DNA of 64,000 nucleotides from Heteronotia binoei (taxonomy: Eukaryota), in assembly GCF_032191835.1 (NCBI RefSeq), contig NC_083237.1, positions 23,312,001-23,376,000 of the forward strand, given 5' to 3'. The notes under the pieces were generated by a model. The model had not been told where the DNA came from, searched no databases, and was given only the letters and a program-made list of their open reading frames with translations. Position 1 is the first letter of the stretch. Each line of letters opens with the position of its first letter. The translations under genes were made by a program, and so were the position numbers. This document shows positions 60,249 to 64,000 of this stretch, in pieces.

Positions 60249-62909
60249 ATGGCTCAGCAACAGCTTGGAGTAGCCGTTGAGAAGCTCACCTCAGCCAACT
60301 ACGCGGTGTGGAGCCTGAGAATGCAACACTACCTCAAGCGTGAAGGGCAATGGCTGTTCGTGAGTAACCCCCCTGCTGACTTATCTCCTGCCGAGACTGT
60401 GTTATCGGATAAGGCACTGGCCAACATAGTGCTATCTATAGGAGATGACCAGCTGGTTTATGTGCGAGGGAAGGACACTCCCAAGGCTGCCTGGGACGCG
60501 TTGAGTGCGGTGCATGTTAGCACCACTGCTGGTTCCCTCATGGCCTTGACAAGGAGGATGTTCCGCACCGTTATGCCGGCTGGAGGGTGTGTGAAAGATC
60601 ACATCAAACGGCTAACGGACTGTTTCGTTGAGCTGGAGGGAAGAGGCAAGACTGTAGCTCCAGACGACAGAGTGTACGTTTTGCTGTCGTCGTTGCCACC
60701 TGAGTACACTCCCCTGATAACTTCTCTGGAGACGGTGGACGTAGCGACCCTGACCATGGAATACGTCTGTGCCCACCTGCTTGACTTCCAAGAGAGAATT
60801 GCGGCCGTGAGCTGTCCGGGGGTGTCGGCCAGGCAGCGTGCTGTTATCGGTGTGTCCGGGAAGACAGCCAAGAATGAGCCAGCTTCTGCTGCTGGCAGGC
60901 GTCCGAAGGTGGAGGAAGTGGAGCCGACTGCGTTTGCAGTCCGTCGCTGCTATGGATGCGGGTCGTCGCAGCACCTGCTCCGAGCTTGCCCTGAGAGGGA
61001 GAAGAGGCGGGGGCGTGTGCGGCGAGAGCGGAGGACCGCCAGCCCGTGTGAGGAAGCAACCCGGCTGGTCACGTCTGCAGTAGAGAGCACAGGGTCTGCT
61101 TGGATTTTAGACTCCGGGGCAACGAGCCATCTCTGCTGCGAGAAGGAGTTGTTGAAAAACATTGACAGTCCTGAGCATAAGTATGTGAGATTGGCTGATG
61201 GGACCACTGCCAATTCTGTTTGCTCAGGCAATGTGGAATTTCCTGCACTGAAATGTATGTTGCAAAATGTGTTGTATGTACCCTCACTGCAGTCTAACCT
61301 GTTGAGTGTTAGCACACTGTTTGACCAGGGATACCAGGTGAGATTTGAGAAAACCTGCTGCAAAATCCTGGGAGGTGGGGGAAAGTTGCTTGTGACAGGA
61401 AAGAGGGAAGGTAAACTGTATGTGGTCCAGAGTGATTGTGCCCAGGTGGCTCAGGTGTCGAATGAGCCTGTGCACAATAATTGTATACATTTGCTCCATA
61501 GGAGACTTGGGCACTGCGGATTTAGGGCGTTAAAGAAAACCCTGGAGCTTGTGCCTAGTTTGAAAGTAAATCCTTGCAAATGTTACTTGGATTGCCAGGT
61601 CTGCAAGAAGACCAAAAGCAAGGCGTGTGCTGTTGCTAAAGAAAGCTCAAGGGAAAGCACACGAGCCCTGGAACTAGTCCATTTAGACGTTATTGGCCCA
61701 TTGCCAAAGAGTCTGTCGGGGAGGAGATACTGCTTGGTGGCCACCGACGACCACACGAGGTACGCGTGGGTTTTCACCATGGTGCATAAGTCTGAGGTGT
61801 ATAAGACATTCACCAAGTGGGTCAAAGCAGTGGAGAGACAATTAGGGGTTAATCTCCTAGCTGTACAAACCGACAGAGGGGGGGAATTCTTATCTAACCA
61901 GATGAAACGTTGGCTGGAAAACAAGGGCATTGCCCACCGTCTGACGAACCCAGCAACGCCCCGAGAAAATGGGCATGGGGCTGTATTGCAGAATGTGATG
62001 TATTGCATGTTAGAGGATGCACAACTGCCAATGACCTATTGGGCAGAAACCATACATGCAGCTGTTTTTTTGCAAAACAGGGTTTGGTGTAATACTGTGA
62101 AAAATGTGCCTTACAGGTTACTGTTGAACAAGACCCCAGATTTGAGTTCTTTAAAAGTCTTTGGGTCACGGGCTCGGGTTGGCATCCACTCCACGAGTAG
62201 CGGGGAGGGGGATGTCCGGGCAGAGAGCCTAATTTTTCTGGGCTACAAGCCAAGGGCCAGGTGTTATCGTTTCTGCAATAGCAAAAGCAAGATAACACTT
62301 AATAAGAGTGCCCAGTTCAATGAAGAAAGCAGCTGGCCAAGGTTGCACTCCTTGCAGAAACAATTTGTCCTGCTGCCAAGTAGCGATAACGATGTTGGAG
62401 CGCAGCCCAGAACTCCAGCCCAGGAGGTGGCACCCAGTGGGGCTGGAGAAGGTGAGCCGAATGCTGGCACAGAGCCTGACGAGCAGAGTCAGGAGGCAGA
62501 GCCTCAAATGCAGGAACTGGAGGTAAAGTGTGAGAGTCAGGAGGTTCAACACCCAATTACAGGGGCAGAGCAACCAGCCCAGGAGGTGGGAACAGAGCAA
62601 CCCGAAGAAGACAAAGCTGGTCCAAGCACAGGGCCACGGGTGTCTGCCAGGTCCACCAAAGGCCAACGTCCCGCTAGGTACAAGTGTCCCTATGTCACTC
62701 TGACTGTCAATCCAGACCCACCCGGATTTGAGGAAATGTTAAAAGAAAAGGCTAAGAAATGGAAAGCCTGGGTGGCAGAGTGCGAGGCAAGGGAGAAGGA
62801 GGCTGAAGCCAAGCGTCTGAAAGAGCTGGCTGAACAGGAACACGATGATGTGTTTTACAATCATGATGAGTTCCTGAACGAATTCCGGAAAGGGTTCCGA
62901 GCTACGTAA
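60249..62909 (+). CDS. Copia Gag-protease-integrase polyprotein (886 aa), no RT/RNase H
   Basis: KLTSANYAVWS (Gag N-term), CYGCGSSQHLLRAC zinc knuckle (60948-60989), WILDSGATSH protease (61110), HRRLGH...CQVC HHCC, LVHLDVIGP and QTDRGGEF integrase core. Confidence 0.95.
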   Translation: MAQQQLGVAVEKLTSANYAVWSLRMQHYLKREGQWLFVSNPPADLSPAETVLSDKALANIVLSIGDDQLVYVRGKDTPKAAWDALSAVHVSTTAGSLMALTRRMFRTVMPAGGCVKDHIKRLTDCFVELEGRGKTVAPDDRVYVLLSSLPPEYTPLITSLETVDVATLTMEYVCAHLLDFQERIAAVSCPGVSARQRAVIGVSGKTAKNEPASAAGRRPKVEEVEPTAFAVRRCYGCGSSQHLLRACPEREKRRGRVRRERRTASPCEEATRLVTSAVESTGSAWILDSGATSHLCCEKELLKNIDSPEHKYVRLADGTTANSVCSGNVEFPALKCMLQNVLYVPSLQSNLLSVSTLFDQGYQVRFEKTCCKILGGGGKLLVTGKREGKLYVVQSDCAQVAQVSNEPVHNNCIHLLHRRLGHCGFRALKKTLELVPSLKVNPCKCYLDCQVCKKTKSKACAVAKESSRESTRALELVHLDVIGPLPKSLSGRRYCLVATDDHTRYAWVFTMVHKSEVYKTFTKWVKAVERQLGVNLLAVQTDRGGEFLSNQMKRWLENKGIAHRLTNPATPRENGHGAVLQNVMYCMLEDAQLPMTYWAETIHAAVFLQNRVWCNTVKNVPYRLLLNKTPDLSSLKVFGSRARVGIHSTSSGEGDVRAESLIFLGYKPRARCYRFCNSKSKITLNKSAQFNEESSWPRLHSLQKQFVLLPSSDNDVGAQPRTPAQEVAPSGAGEGEPNAGTEPDEQSQEAEPQMQELEVKCESQEVQHPITGAEQPAQEVGTEQPEEDKAGPSTGPRVSARSTKGQRPARYKCPYVTLTVNPDPPGFEEMLKEKAKKWKAWVAECEAREKEAEAKRLKELAEQEHDDVFYNHDEFLNEFRKGFRAT

Positions 62910-62979
62910 ATATGAACTGTAATGTTGCTGGTGGACATGTATGTAAACTGTGTAAAGTGTTTTGGGTATACTGGGTTTA

Positions 62980-62995
62980 AATAGATTAGGAGGTG
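62980..62995 (+). other. Polypurine tract
   Basis: AATAGATTAGGAGGTG immediately before the 3' LTR. Confidence 0.7.
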
Positions 62996-63393
62996 TGTTG
63001 GAGCAAGAATCTACATAAACCCAGTCTGACAGCCACAGTATGACAGCTGGCGATCTAGCTGCCAGGCTAGGTCACAGTGACCTGATCAGCAGACCGGCTT
63101 GAGCCGGCAGAAGCCAAGTGATGCAATCTGCTGAGTCAGCATGGCCAGGATTGGCTGCTTGGACTATATATGATCTGTGTGTGCATCACACAGGTCTCTC
63201 CCTGTGAGATGGTGGTTAGGCGAAGCACTTTGTCCGTGGAGGTGATATTGTATAGACTGCACAAGAGAGCACTTGTTGTGTATATATGTTAATACACCTT
63301 TTGGCACTAGTTGCACGTGTCTGCCTGATTTTCTTTCCTGAAGCCCTGTGTCGGGCAAGTCATCTCCCTCACTCTGCTACTCCCGCTCCGATA
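62996..63393 (+). repeat. 3' LTR
   Basis: Offset 3322 from the 5' LTR; ORF-track translations 59842-60036 and 63164-63358 are identical. Confidence 0.95.
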
Positions 63394-63650
63394 CAACCAT
63401 GGTCTCCTGGAGAAGCTGGTTGAGCTGGGAGTAGAGGAGACTGTGATTTGGTAGTTCTGCTTGTAGTTGGCCAACTGATTCCAGAAAGTGGTGCAGGGGG
63501 ACTGCTGCTCAGCCCTGTGACATTTATACCATGGTGTCCCACAGGGTTCCATCTTATCACCCATGCCATTTAACATCAACATGAAACTTCTGGGAGAGGA
63601 CATTCAGGAATTTGGAGGTGCCACCAATATGTGGATGATGCCCAGCTTTG
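63394..63650 (+). mobile_element. Old L2 RT fragment, right part
   Basis: Decayed GVPQGSILSP and HQYVDDAQL motifs with stops and frameshifts. Confidence 0.75.
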
Positions 63651-64000
63651 TTAACCCTAAACCCAGGCTTTTAATTAGGGCTTTTGTCTTGCAGCTTTTA
63701 ATGGTTTGCTCTGTTTTCTGAGTAGTTTTTAAACTGGTTATGTCTACTGGTTTGTGTTTTATACCATGGTTTCTAACTGCAAGGGATCTGAAGCAGGACT
63801 CGAGACGTGGCATATAGTTACAAGCAATATGGGAAGCCCTGGGTCTGAGTTCTTGGTTTGCTTTTCTCTGGAGGTCTGGCTCTTCTCTGTACAAACTTGA
63901 GTTTGTTTTGTTAAACGATAATAAAAGCAAAAATGACAGATGTGGCCAGTATAATGTGCCCAGGTAGGGTTACCAACCTCCCAAGTGGTGGCTGGAGATT

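Larger units (their letters stand above)
59674..63393 (+). mobile_element. Copia (Ty1/copia) LTR retrotransposon, RT-less non-autonomous, very recent
   Basis: 398-nt LTRs, TSD CAACC (59669-59673, 63394-63398), half-tRNA-iMet PBS, PPT, and Gag-PR-IN order. Confidence 0.95.

Noticed and set aside
63391-63400. Reading the 3' LTR end as ...GATACA (canonical CA)
   Set aside because: It would destroy the exact 5-bp TSD CAACC and break the reconstructed host L2 reading frame.
1-64000. CRISPR arrays, operons, rRNA/tRNA genes
   Set aside because: Spliced vertebrate DNA; no regularly spaced repeats; tRNA-like sequences are SINE heads or the LTR PBS only.

Overview
Vertebrate genomic DNA, most likely a squamate reptile (gecko-like SINE/MITE/L2/CR1/Penelope repeat complement; taxon is inference). 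The window is syntenic with human 16p11.2 but rearranged. Gene order: SEZ6L2 exon 1 (-), ASPHD1 (+, 3 coding exons), PAGR1 (-, 3 coding exons), KIF22 (+, 12 coding exons, head-to-head with PAGR1), KCTD13 (+, 6 coding exons), then a compact 4-exon NUFIP2 paralogue (+, ~344 aa) for which I know no mammalian counterpart at this locus. Its promoter carries a cluster of CLEAR-like E-boxes. Downstream lies a very young 3.72-kb Copia-type LTR element with essentially identical LTRs and a 5-bp TSD. It has one uninterrupted Gag-protease-integrase ORF, no RT/RNase H, an in-frame loss of the third integrase catalytic residue, and a 31-nt primer-binding site complementary to the 5' half of initiator tRNA-Met. 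Other notable features: a Penelope-type fold-back with a minimal hammerhead-ribozyme motif, a young sense-oriented L2 in KCTD13, an apparent precise intron absence in KIF22, and a SINE tail forming the ASPHD1 3' splice site. All exon calls are manual (splice consensus, frame continuity, recalled homologue sequences); no database searches were run.
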